From Tubiluchus corallicola (lineage: Eukaryota > Animalia > Priapulida), in contig JAQGDQ010000158.1 in the NCBI GenBank assembly GCA_030141605.1, forward strand, positions 186,001 through 250,000: a stretch of DNA of 64,000 bases. Direction: 5' to 3'. Below the pieces are notes generated by a model that was not told where the DNA came from, searched no databases, and was given only the letters and a program-made list of their open reading frames with translations. Positions 25,401-38,916 of this stretch are shown here, in pieces (position 1 is the stretch's first letter; each line of letters opens with the position of its first letter). Both the position numbers and the translations under genes were made by a program.

Positions 25401-28400
25401 ATAACTGCAATTTTTTTACTAAATTTAGCAAATGAATGGGATATAATATAATAAGAGTAATATCCCACCTTGCCTCTCAGTTATGTTATTAATTGCTCAT
25501 CCAACCTTGATTATTGTTTTTCAGATGATAAAGTGTGGGTTCATGGTTCCTCGGCCACGCCCACACCACTCCTCGATGCTCTGGCTATGCACGGCAAATC
25601 TGCAGGACTGAAGAATGTAGAAATCTTGCATATTCTTACAGAGGGGCCATACGAATTGAGCAAACCGGAATACGAAGGTAACTTAATTTGTGTTTTTTTT
25701 GAAGTTTTTGCCTAAAAAGGAAAGGGCGTGGGGGGCTACTTTTGTTTTACAGTGGAAATGGTTTGTCTTGGAAATGCACATCAGAATGAAATGCTTCGAG
25801 ATAAGTACTGTGTTACAGCTTGGGCTCATTCTTATTGATATACGTAGATGTATATCTTAGCGTGTATATCTTAAATTATACTGGTACCATACTCTTCCTC
25901 CGCACCAACAAGATTTATTATTTTAGATGGTCTTGCAACCAGTTCTGACTTATTTATCAGGTATAGATTTATTAACATTTTCAAAAGTAAAGTGCCGTTC
26001 AGAATGGTATTTGCCAAATGCACAATTTTTTTACTGCACATATGCACTTCCGTATTTTTAATGCTATTCTAGGAGAAAATTTCAGACTTCAAATGATAAT
26101 CGTTTTCGGTAAATGCTAGTAAACTGCCAAATGTCAAATCATTCAGAAAGTGTGTATGCTTAGCATATAGGACCATTGTATTTGTGGGTATCTCAGTACA
26201 GGTATCTAAAACTAATTGACGTAAATTTTTGTCAGTTGCATTTCATTGATGATGCATGACCAAAGTAATGATAATGGCTCTCTTTTTTATTCTTCTTAGG
26301 TATATTCAGGATCAATGGTTTGTTCCTGGATGCTAACACCAGAGGTGCAGTTAACGAGGGAAGAGCTGATTTTGTTCCCATATTTCTCTCAGAAATTCCT
26401 CTCTTGTTTCAGAGGAACATTGTTGCTCTAGATGTAGCTCTTATTCAGGTAATATTTAAACTCTACGTCTATTAAAATATAAACTTACTATTTATACCTT
26501 GGATGCTGGTATTTGGAATCATAAACTTTATATGATTATCATGAGTTAGTTACTCTGCGTGTGTGCTTGCAAACCAAAACCGTCCATAAGTCGGCATAGT
26601 TAAAACTACGTTATGATGCTTCAAAGTAGAATGTACCAAAAATTTGGCCTAATGTCACTTTTTTGGTTTTTGTAAAGACAAGTGCTAAATATATTGGACT
26701 TTAGTATTTTAGCACCAAATTGTCAAGAAAATGTTTAAAAAACACTAAAAATCTAATTTTGTAATCCTATACATGTACTCACTTTTTGTCTAGAAACTAG
26801 TACTACACTTGAGAAAAATTGTATTTTCAAACTCTGGTAGTAACTCATGGAAGCAGTCATTTTACTTTTGGTTTTTTCTCTTGCCAAGCCCAGATCTTCA
26901 TCAGTAAGAGCCATCTACTGGATTTAAACATGACATCAATACATCAATGTGCTCTTGCAAAGTCCGTAGCAACCAATGTTTATGCGGTTGCTAAGAGTTT
27001 TGTGGAAAAGCGGCAAAAGACAATGGCTGACTTTAATAGTGATTTTGTCAATGTTATGTTTTTCAGTGTGCAGCCTGCACTTTAACTTCAATGTGGATTA
27101 TCTCAGCTTAGAAATAACATAGAGCAATGAACTTGGTATCAAAATGATCATCTTGAAATGGAGATTCAGGATATGTGAATAACTAGAAAAGTTTAATTGC
27201 CAACTTATGGACGATTTTGCTATGCAAGCACACTGATGATATTTAATCTGCAAAATGTTTGTGACATATTAGAGTTTTTGCAGCAAAATTTTCAATAAGG
27301 AAATTTTAGCTAACCAGTAGGTGTGGCCATGCCACTAATGGGTATGAAATAGATAAAAATTAATGAAATTATTTAAGGGATTTTTTTCTAGAAAGGTCTG
27401 TGTGTTCACAAAATTTGAGGGTCAGACAGCAGTTTAGTGCATTTAAAAATCATCTTTACATATTTCTTAATGTCTAAGGCAAGCAATGAAATTATTTTAG
27501 GAATTTGACCCATTGATGAGAATCATGAATTGCATATACTAGTTTGTGAGAATGGCAATTTTTTGGTAGTAGCTACTACTTTGATGCAACAAAAATTTGT
27601 TAATTTTAACCTTGCCAAATCTTGTTTATTTTGCGCTTTGTGACTCGACTATCTGCTATGTTACAGGAAAACAAGTATTTCCGTAGAACACTTGTGTAAA
27701 TAAAATTCTGTATCATGTACTATAGGATTTTACAGGTTTCACCTCCTGATGAACATGGATTTTGCACACTGGGAAGTGCTGTGGAATGTACAAGAGCCGC
27801 AGTCATCAATGCAAAAACTATTATTGGTAAGCTAATTGGTTACTATTTAGTTACCATTTGTTACCAGTGCATGGTAAATGATTTTACAGAATACACATTT
27901 TATCAAGTTTAACAAGCGAGTGAACTGTGTAAAATGCTTGCCTATACATTTAGCGTGGTGATTTTCTATTGGCTTTAGTTATGTGGTGAATGGTTGCTTT
28001 CTAAGTTAAGCATGATGAGGCATTTTTAAATGATCGATCTGGTTTTCCAATCGTACCAAATCTCGATAGTCACAGAATCCTGCATGTTACAGAGTTTAGA
28101 CATTTGCATGAACAGGGTGAGGTACTTTTCTGTGAATGTAGTAAAAGTATGAGTAGTATAATCATGGTATCTAGAAATTTGGTTTGTATTTTTGCTTTAT
28201 GCATTAATTTTCATAACGACCTGTTTGAATTGTTTCAAAAAATTTTACAGTAATAAGAACCTGCACTGCATTCTACAAGTTGTATTCCAGCTTTTTCAAA
28301 ATCAAGTGGTTGTCCATGATGTTGCACATTTTATTATGTATTCGTTTTTCTACTAAAACTGATCTATAGTGCTACGTGTTCTGTGATTCGTCATTGTAAA

Positions 28401-31400
28401 TCTACTTCTTACATGATAATAAATAGATCTAGTATTAGTGTTAGTTGTGGACAGTTCACTGATAAAATTTTTACAACATTTTTAATTACCACGGGTAATG
28501 CAAAATGAGTCCATAGAATTCACTACACATGGTATTTAAATGCTCATAGAGTTTCAATGTTAAACATTAAACCTAAGTTATTTTAATGTAGATAGACCAT
28601 TCAACCATATTCAAAAAGGCATAGCAAATTTCAAAAGGTTTTTATTGAATTGATGGGACTTATTACTACATGCAGCAATTGTCGTGAGATGTGTAAATGT
28701 CATTAGTGTTTTGTAGATTTTTTTGATTTTTTTTATGTAGCTACAATCACATTTTTGATACACTGGTATTTTGATAGATTTCATTTAACTGTTTCACAGA
28801 TATTAACAAACGTAAAATAATAATAACTAGTAAGTATTATTTTTGCTATTCGTGTTATAATCATGCATGCAATAGTTTTATATGTTTAAATGTAATTTGT
28901 TGTATTTTGTTAACTTGTAGGCCTGATTAATCCCAACATGCCTCGAACATTTGGTGATGGCGTGATCCACATGTCACACATAGATTTCATGGTGGAGGGT
29001 GAGATGGATCTTCCAGAGAGAGGAATCTACAACGTAACGGAGAGACAGAAAAAGATCGGAATGCATGTGGCTGGTAATCTAGTTTCAGACGGTGCTACTC
29101 TACAGATGGGTAAGATTACTGTTACTGCAGATGTGTAAAAAAAGCGGAAATTTTTAAAACCCATATGCAGCGTGACAAACTTGCTTGAGATTTTCTGTGA
29201 ATGTCATTTTAATCCTGTCTTAGTATACGTTTATTTGGGAAGTGGTGCTGACGAGTTTGGTACAGCTGTGTCCAATGTCTGCTGGACTATGTGTTGCATT
29301 TACTTGTTTTGAGGTAGTTGCTTCATTTTAGAGAATTATAAATATCCTGAAGAATCTTTTCATGTGTGTAGCAATGCTTGATAATGGCAGGCATTTTTGA
29401 GCATTTCATATCCTAGACCTCAATTTATCATGCAGGTATTGGGAATATACCTCAAGCAGTGTGTGAGCAGTTAAAACATCACCGTGATCTTGGCATCCAC
29501 ACAGAGATGTTTGGTGACTTGATGGTGGACCTGGTTGAACTGGGTTGCGTCACCAACGCCAGGAAAACAATAGCTACAGGTAAAATTGTTGTGAGTTTCA
29601 CCATTGGCAGCAAGAAAATCTACGACTTCTTGGACAACAATCCATTCGTGAGTACGTACCACATTATTTCTTACACGCTGAAGAAAATGTAGGTCGTTAA
29701 TTTAAAAAGGCAACTTTGTTAATGCAAAATGTTGCATAAACTGTTACGAACAATAGTTGAGAATCTGAAGCGTGTTTAGTATTTATACATAGTGTTAATT
29801 TTGTTTTTTGATTGTTTGCATTTTTTAAATTTAGTTCTTGTATTTTATTTTATAATAATTTTTTGTGTGTTTTAATGTTTTTTATTTTATTAAGAGTTTT
29901 TACTTTGTGTGTATAATACCGCATGTATTATGTCTGTGTATTATGTCTGATATTGCTATATGTTTGATTTAAGTGTCTGTCTGACCATATACAACTATGA
30001 ATGAATGAATGAAAGAATGAATTAATGTTCTAAAAAGTGTCATTGCATTTTGAAGCTTCTCTACAGCCAATGTCAACTAATATCGGTTGACATTATTGTG
30101 CTTTTAAAATTAATAAATATCTTTCTTCCCATTTGAAAAAGAACTACTAGCACACTCTATGTATAAATTTTATTGCAGTAGCTGCAATATTGTTCACCAT
30201 GGCAAAACGGTGTGAACTCCCGAGTTTTTAGCTTAAATTGAAATCTTTATCAATCTAGTATTTTCGATTGCATTGCTACCTCTGGTTTCATGTATGACTT
30301 TATCTACATTCAGCAAGGAAGCTAGAGTTAGGAATGATTTATGTATTTTAATAAAAGAAGCCTGTCTGTTGGCAATAATAATTATTATAACAGGCCTCTT
30401 CCAATGGTTTCATGTATGACTTTATCTACTTTCAGCAAGGAAGCTAGAGCTAGGAATGATTTAGGTATTTTAATAAAAGAAGCCTGTCTATTGGCAATAA
30501 TAATTATTATAACAGGCCTCTTCCAAAGTAGGTCTTCTCAATGTAATACATTCACTGGGTTCAGATAAGCTGCCTTATTATAATATAATTTAACGTACCT
30601 GTTATGATGGCTTATGCCTGTTTGATTTTACAAATGTTTTGTTATATTCTACTAATAATATATAGATGGCATTTCAGATGTGTGGAAGTTAATTTGGGTT
30701 ATAAACTTCATGTAATGTTTGAATGAGTTCCCTTTTTCAAATGTGCTGTACTCCTGGCTTATTATAATCATATAATTTAAGCGAGTGTTTCTCATATGTA
30801 TTAACTATTTTCCCATATCTTATAAAAGCAAGAGTAATTTGTAAAAGTTTGGTAGAGTATAGATACTTTGATGTATTTTCTTTCATTTAATGTTGAAATT
30901 TGTATGTTTTTTCTTTGAAAACATGAAAGATGCCATCGTTTTGAATAATAGCAAAAGCTTTTTATGATTATGACATTTTGCTTAATAATCGTTTTAAGTA
31001 ACAACAGTTCTGGCTGTACTTAAGTGCATTCAAGCTATATATCTTTTGTCTTTATTTTTTTATTAGTTTCTGCTATATATGTCCGTAAACATAAACCTTT
31101 TTTTTAATATGTGACATGTGTGATTCTTTGATCCCGTAAAGTAGAAGTTTTCTTTGCCTACCTAAATCTACTGTTAATAAGAATTTCACATGCATAAGTC
31201 AAGGTATGTTAATTATATTTTCAAATTGTTTTACTGCATTAAATGTATTTTTATTTGTATACATTTCTAGTGATGTCGGAGGTTGGATTTGTCAACAATG
31301 TGACGAACATCTGCCAGAATCCCAAAGTTACAGCCATCAATTCTTGTATTGAAGTTGATCTTACGGGTCAGGTTGTGGCCGACTCTATAGGCATGTCTAT

Positions 31401-33194
31401 GTATTCAGGTACAAAATTTCACATTTTCGCCGTATTGAATTTGCAAGTTTAAATACTCGCCGGAAAGGATTAAACATAAGTTTGGTTTTCCTTAAGTGCC
31501 AAAATGCGACATTTGTTTCTTTGTTGCCACTGTTTGATGTGTTTGTTCCATTCAAGCCATCTGGTACTCTGAGGAAGAGGGTAGTTTGTGCATGTATTAA
31601 TTTTTTTAGGACAAGGTGTAACTGTTAGGTCGCTTTAGCAGAGGTGTCTTATCTCAAAGATTCAAAATTAAGAGCTCCTAATAAAACTCCTTTGTATAAG
31701 CTACTATAAACTATAAACTCCGATTTTTTGCTCTTTTTAAATTATTTTCCAAGTCTGACACAGGTGGCGATTTTGTGGTGCTACGTTCAGTAATGTTTTG
31801 TGTCAAATTGTTAGGCATCCTGTCTTTGAATGTATACCACTGTTCCACCCTTTTTTTAGTCATTGCTTTTGCACATGTATAAACCTTCATTGTTCTTTTG
31901 CATAAGCCATCTGACTATCACTTTAGCTAAATTTCAGTAATAAGATTGTCATGAACTCATTTATATTCATGATCGTGTCAGCTATGAGAGGATATAAGAT
32001 TGTATTTGTTAACTCATGTCAGTAAATCTCCATGTGTGAACAAGTTAATATTTTGACAGTGCTCCCAGTGTTTTTATCTTGTAGGCAACTTGTAAGTTAA
32101 TGTCTAGTGTTAATACTTGACAAAAGTCTTATAAAACGATTACAGTGACTTTTTAATATAGCATTAATTATTTGCTTAGGTGTTGGAGGTCAAATTGATT
32201 TTATACGAGGAGCTGCTTTAGGTCTGGATGGCCTGGGGAAGCCAATCATTGCCTTTGAGTCAACAACAAAGACGGGCGAGTCAAAGATTGTGCCAATTGT
32301 TAAACAGGGTATGTATCATTACATCTAAAGTAATTACTTTATTTAACGTTCATGTGAAGTTGTTCTTGTAACCAAATAATTGGACCAAATTGTAGTTATG
32401 AAAACTTACCAATAAAATACTTCTGTATTTTTATGTCATGTTTTATAATTAAAACAAAAATGAACAAAAATCAAGTTTTTTTTAAAAAAAACAATTTTAG
32501 AATTCTAGTCGAATATCCAGATAAGACCTTTGCTGTTGGGTACCCATGCTCCCATACCATTTTGAGAATCCAGTTAAGCCTTGAAACCCATTAAAGCATT
32601 GTACTTTGTCTTTGAATGTTGGATATTGGGATCATTTTAGGAATTTCCCCAGCTTTTGTTTTTTGTTATGCCTTGCATGCACTCTTTAACAGTTAAAGTT
32701 GTGTTGGCTGATATGCTGAGAGAAATGAATTGAATTTCTTTGCAACTGCTTTGACTTTTCTTGTGTGCGATTAGAAATCTTTTACCTGCTCCTTGATTCC
32801 ACTTGCTTCAACTTTGAAGTTCATTGAAAATCAAGAAAAATATCACAGTATAGTATAAACAGTTGGGAATTGTTCCTTTGTTCAGAACTATTTCTGTTAA
32901 AATAAAATGTCTGATAAAGAAACTTTCATAAAGGCTGTTTTAAACCATTGTTTTTCATGAAAGTTTCTGCTGTAATTTGTACCTTTTATCTGTTTGTACA
33001 CTCATTTAGGTGCTGGTGTAGTTACCACTCGTGCTCACACACATTACGTCGTCACTGAATACGGTATTGCTCATCTTTTTGGTAAAAATCTCCGTCAGAG
33101 GGCGTATGGGCTCATAAACATTGCTCATCCTGATCACAGGGAAGATCTGGAGAAGGCTGCTTACGAACGACTAAAATGTATGCCTTCCCCATAG
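22491..33194 (+). CDS. Acetyl-CoA hydrolase/transferase family protein (4-hydroxybutyrate CoA-transferase-like; probable mitochondrial acetate:succinate CoA-transferase), 473 aa
   Basis: Nine GT-AG exons in frame: 22491-22662, 25525-25677, 26300-26448, 27736-27826, 28921-29109, 29436-29651, 31271-31408, 32180-32308, 33010-33194 (1422 nt). Motifs GRADFVPIFLSEIP, VSPPDEHGFCTLG, DGATLQMGIGNIP, LGIHTEMF (catalytic Glu), EVDLTGQV, SGVGGQIDF, VVTEYGIA..GKNLRQRA..IAHPDHR. Basic, acid-free N-terminus resembles a mitochondrial presequence. Confidence 0.93.
26561..27233. mobile_element. MITE with about 45-bp TIRs, copy 1 (CoA-transferase intron 3)
   Basis: GTGTGCTTGCAAACCAAAACCGTCCATAAGTCGGCA.. and ..TGCCAACTTATGGACGATTTTGCTATGCAAGCACAC; body colinear with 33352-33960. 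Confidence 0.85.
30283..30526. repeat. About 122-bp tandem duplication (2 copies)
   Basis: TGGTTTCATGTATGACTTTATCTAC..AACAGGCCTCTTCCAA occurs twice head-to-tail in intron 6. Confidence 0.9.
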
Positions 33195-33351
33195 ATGGCT
33201 TTGCTTGAGCTTCTACCTCATCTCAGGTCAATATTCAACTTATGTTGCTTAGAATAGAAGAGTAGAGAAATATAACATCTTCTACATCTAAATCACAGCA
33301 TCAAAATCTACTACTGTCAACAGTACACCAAAGTTTGACATTCATTTGTAA

Positions 33352-33960
33352 ATGTGAGCTTGCGAACCAAAACTGTCCATAAGTCGGCATAATTAAAACT
33401 GGGTTATCGTGCTTCAAAGTAGAATGGGCCAAACATTTGCTTAATATCAGTTTTTTGTTTTTTATAAAAACCAATGCTAAATATATTCGACTTTTATATT
33501 TTATCATCAAATTATCGAGAAAGTGTTCAAAAAATGCTAAACATCTAATTTTATAACCCAGTACCCACTTCTCAGGCTAGAAAATAGTACTACAATTGTG
33601 AATAACAGAAGCAGTTATTTTGCTTTGGGGTGTTTTCTGCTGCCAAGCGCAGATCTTTGTCAAGAAGAGCCATCTAGTGGATATAAACATAACTTCAATG
33701 TGTTCTTGCATAGCTACCAACATTTGTGCATTTGCTTAAGTGTATTGTAAAAATGCGACAAAAACAATGGCTAACTTTAATAGCAATTTTCTGTGCAGCC
33801 TGCACCTTTCCTTCATTGTGGATTATCTCAGCTTAGAAATAACATAGAGTGATGAGCTTGGTATTAAAATGAACCCCATGAAATGGAGATTCAGGATATG
33901 TGAATAACCAGAAAAGCTTAATTGCAGACTTGTGGATGATTTTGCTATGCAAGCACACAT
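33352..33960. mobile_element. MITE copy 2, about 160 bp downstream of the CoA-transferase stop
   Basis: ATGTGAGCTTGCGAACCAAAACTGTCCATAAGTCGGCA..GACTTGTGGATGATTTTGCTATGCAAGCACACAT; same family and orientation as 26561-27233. Confidence 0.85.
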
Positions 33961-36900
33961 ATTTGCTTGACAGAAAAACTTGCAGTGAGGCACAAAAGTT
34001 TTTAAAAATGTTTCCTTGACTCATTAATCTGCACTTGCAGGTATCAGCCATGGTATCATTCTCTTTTTAGTTTCGTTTATCTTCAAAACCTGCTAATTCA
34101 GCTTTGACACTACTAAGAATGCTTATCTTCCTTGGTTAAATACTGTGCGGGGTATTACCTGCATTTTTATCTTTGATTTTGTAATTTTTTTGTTTGCTAA
34201 ATAGTGTTTTAAAGTGATCAAATTCTGTTTACAGCGAAATACTCTAACACTATTTGGTCGCTCTATTTCTGTTTATTTGGTCATTGTTTGCAACTAGATG
34301 AGATGCTGCTAAACCTTAGCTATATCTAATTTTGTATAATTTATCTACATTAAACTCGTACGTATTGTGAAATTTAAAAAAGTATATTTTAGTAGAAATC
34401 AGAGCAGTTCATGAAGGTTTGTGGAAAGCATGTGGTTATTTCATATGAATCACTGCACTTGTAGATTTTTTACGTGATTTTGATGATATTAATAAGTCTG
34501 TTCATGTTTTGTTCACTGCCATAATATGTGTAAGAAATTGCATATGAACTTTTTTGGGAGTACCTGTTACTGTTTGTACCATTGTGTTTTCCTAGATGAA
34601 CGTAAATACTGAGATTTACTAATTTATATAGCACGTTTTGCAAAAATCATTGAGTGATCATTTACAAGGTATGAAAACTAAGACAGTAAAAAAGCAGTAA
34701 GAATTAGGAATAAGAGTATCTCTCCAGGATCGTTAGTGATGCTGTGACGGAATGTTAAAGATTATGTATTTGCTCAAATAATTTTTGACCTGTTATCGTA
34801 TTTGTGTTTGTTGAAAATTGTTTGGCGTCAACGTATACAAAATTATGCATTCTGTCTAAGAAATGCAGAAGATGTTAAAGACATCATTACTTTTCTGTAC
34901 ACCTATTTCGTAATGACTTCAACATTAAAAACATTAAGTTAATAGCTCATGTTCACACAAAATCATTTCAGACAGATCAACAGAAGTGACTTTTCCTTTA
35001 TTACTCGTGCACTGATTTGATATCACTAAAATTTTGTAAGTTTAAAAACTCCGAGATACTGAAACTATCCAAGAATTTGCAGGGTAACTTCAATTCTAAA
35101 TGCTGTATAGCAAAAAAACACTTTGAGCAGAATTGCAGTAACAGACATGTCTATGGATCTAAAGTAATTAAGTAAAACTTTCATTTGTATTGATTTTCAT
35201 TTATATTCATTGCAGTGTAATTGTATTTGTTATAGTATAAGATTTTGTATTTACACCTGTTTATTTTATTCTGCCATTGCTCATAGTCTATTATTTACTT
35301 ATTGATTATTATAGCTATTAATGGTATTAAATTTTAAGGATAATAAAAATATTTTTTGCTCATTATATTATAATCATGCAACGCATGTGTAATGCAGAAC
35401 AGTTCGTTTTAGTTACTGTTATGATATTAGTATCAGTACGAATTCGAATCACTACGAATATACGATTACAAATTGCATTATGGTAAATAAAACTGTACAC
35501 ATTTGATTCTATATGCTAGTTTCACCTAAAAAAAGCAATACTGGCCGTCTTGCTTATGTATATATAAATGTTTATTATTATCAGTAAGAAATTTGAGATT
35601 CAATCAGCTTGGTGATTCAACTGATGAGCCCGAATACTTTTGTAATCTGACTAATTTACAACTTTATAAAAGACTGTGTAATTCTATGTTCTAAGACTTA
35701 TAAGGACTTATTATTGACTTCCTGTTATGTTTGTGTTTTAATGCATTTTTTATCACTATTATTCTCTAAGGTTTATTTGATAAGGAATCTTGTAATTTAA
35801 CAATTCTTTTGACGATTTATACTCCAAACTGCATTTTATTAAATTAAATGTAACAGTGTACATGTACTACATGAAGTAAATTGTTTGTCTGTTATCTCTT
35901 CTCCGGCATGCCAATTCTTTTCAGAAAATTTTCTCATGTACACAAAAAAATTAAAACTTTGCTTTGATTTTACACTACTCTATTTCTCAGACAGGTATGA
36001 AGTTTCTTACAGGTTCATGTATACTTTAAAGCTGAAGTGAAACGTGTTAAATATGGTGACGTCATTTGACTCACCTACTGTTAGTTAGTATGTGGTGGTT
36101 CTAAGACAGACTGAATTCTTGTGCCTGTGAACTGTAACAGTGTTGCTGTACATCATTGGAAGAAAAACAGCGGCTTAACAATGCTTGGCTTAAATTGCGC
36201 TTTTTGTTTCATCAGCTTCAAATCTTACTGATATTTTTTGCTATTTGTACTTAAGGCAATAAGATTACTTCTTGAGCTCTGTAAGAACATATGAATGCTC
36301 TCTTGAGAGACTGCAATAGACACTTGGTCCGGTCCATAAATTAACTTGGGATGTCCTGTCCCTGTGGTAAGCTTTTATTGACTGAGCTTGAATCTCACTA
36401 AAGTAATTGTACTGTAATCATTGAAATTAAATGTATTATCTAGATTTGTGTCGAGTTTATTCTCGTCTAGCTTTAGTTGTGGTGGTAGTTTTTACTTAAT
36501 TTTAAAATGCCGTTCTATTCCATCCCGGATATGTTTTAATAACTATCATAAAAGGCAGCTTTTTTCACATTGTTTCTAATAAGTTTGCACATTCTATTTA
36601 TTTACATGTATGACGTATGATAATAACCAATAGTGTTAACTATTTTTCATGTAATTTTTTGTGTATTACACTGATGAGAATGGAATAAAGTCTATGTTTG
36701 TGTTATTAAATCTCTAGAAAAAGATAGTTGTTGCTAGTTAAACAATATTTTATTACTAAAATATATTATTGCTCGTGTTTAGTTACTAACTGTTTAGTTG
36801 TCCAAGTTATTATATCTACATTTCAGTGTCAATGGTGTCAGAAGTGGCTATGAGTATGTCTGCATGTTGTAATGAAATAAAAGTTTTATACATTAACACA

Positions 36901-37417
36901 TTGTACTTTGTTCACTAAAAAGCCCTACAAGATCACACGCCTTTACCATGCACAAAAGTAATAACTTTGTTTTCAAGGCCAAGTTTTACTGACATTGACC
37001 CTGGTTTTGTAAACATTTCCTAACTGCATCTTTTGAAGGGATAGTCTCCATTTCTATTTTCGTGTTATGTAAAGTGCAATATGGTACATAATGCACCCTA
37101 GAATATCAAACAACCATTTTTAGGTGCATAAACATTACTCATTACTGGACACTTGTTTTAAAGGGTCAAGGCATAGTTCATCACTGAGTACCCCTTGTGA
37201 TGGGGTCTAAATTTTGTGTCCTGTGTAGTATGACATTTCAAAAGTGCAATGATTTACTAAAATTCAACAGAGGTGATACTTCGGACCTACTCGTGGAACT
37301 ATTTTTAACAATGTATCGTGTTACACGCGGCACTGATGACACTTTTCAAAAATGGTACATTCTAAATTATTAGACTTCTAGTGGCTATTAGAGTAAATTT
37401 CCAAGTCTGAAAATCAA

Positions 37418-37486
37418 GCATCTCTGTGGTGAAATGGTTAGCATAGCTGTCCGAAAAGGTCTTCGGTTCAAGTCCAAGTAGAGTGA
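37418..37486 (+). pseudogene. tRNA-Gly-derived fragment / SINE head lacking an intact anticodon arm
   Basis: GTGGTGAAATGGTTAGCATAGCTG resembles the tRNA-Gly(TCC) D-arm (GTGGTATAGTGGTTAGCATAGCTG); B-box GGTTCAAGTCC; too short between the boxes for a full cloverleaf. Confidence 0.5.
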
Positions 37487-38916
37487 AATTTTTCACACTT
37501 TCTAATTTACTATTGCTTTTGTACATTTATAGATTACTGAGACCAACACTGATCAATAAGCTGCAAATATGAGCTAAAGTTTTTGGCTTAATTCACCTGT
37601 TTCTAGTATTATTTTGGTCTTGAAATGCCTTAATTTGAAAGGAGCCCGTAGCCTTGAACTCTGTTTAACAAACTTTAATGCACTGATCAACAGTTTAATT
37701 TCTGATCCAATGTTACGTATGTAAATTTGACTACACTAATTGTACTTTGCTCAAAAACAAAAAAAAGTTTTTCATTTTTAAGAGAGTTAATTCACATGGA
37801 ATTTGTGTAGCGAGTGCTCATTTTTCAACAGTGTAAACATTCATTGTACAAAAATGTTAATTAAAGCAATTTGTTTATTTAACAATCAAACTGATGGAAT
37901 AAAACAATGATGACAAAAATTAAACTGGTTAGTTACATAAGCAGTGATCTCGTGAATGCACACATGCTGTATAGAAAATATTATGCAGCCAATTTCCTGT
38001 ATTTAAACAGGATTTAAAGCAAACACTGCTAAATGAATGCATCGAATTATTATACAGTAGTAATGATAATTAATTCACAAAGTGATAGAATCATTAATAA
38101 CGATGATAAATAAACATATATATATATATATATATATTGCAATTGACGATAACAATAATACTATTACAGGTCTGCAGCACTTGTAAGTAATCACTTTCTA
38201 GACTTTCTAATAATAACAACAATAAGCTAGCTATATGCTAAGAATACTCTAAGTACTTAAGGCCACATTTAAGTCCTGAACAGTGACTCCATGATTTTCA
38301 AAACAACTGCATTACTGTTAGTAAAGGAAATCAAAATGTGTTAGTAGCACCTTAAATATTGAGCTAAATAATCGATTGACAAATTTATCATATTAAACAA
38401 TTAGTTATAATTTATCTTTAATTTTTTTTATACAAAATTATGTGAAAAATATATATGAAGCACACAGAGAACAAGATATGTGTAGAATAACCGGCGGTAT
38501 TCATTTCATATGTCTACTGGCTACTAGTTAAAAAAATTAAATTTAGAAAAAAATAGACTAAATAAAGTTGTAAAATATTGTGAAGTGAGACAAACTAACT
38601 GGCACTAGTTAGATAAATAAAAAACCCTGCTTCAAATTATTAAACTATTTGAAAGAAACAGTATAAATATGATCCGACCGGGATATCAGAATCCTAACAA
38701 ATACTTTTTATCACACAAGAAATTAATTAAGCAAAGCACTGGTAAACAAACAGCATTGCAGGTTAATATAGCAGCTAAATGCCAACAAAATGCATTTTCC
38801 ATGAGTTACAAAGGCCAAAATTTCTGTATGCAGAAATAGATAATTATGTGCATAGATACATGGGAAACAAAGCGCATGACAGATTACAGGAAAACAAGAA
38901 AAGGAATGATCAATAT

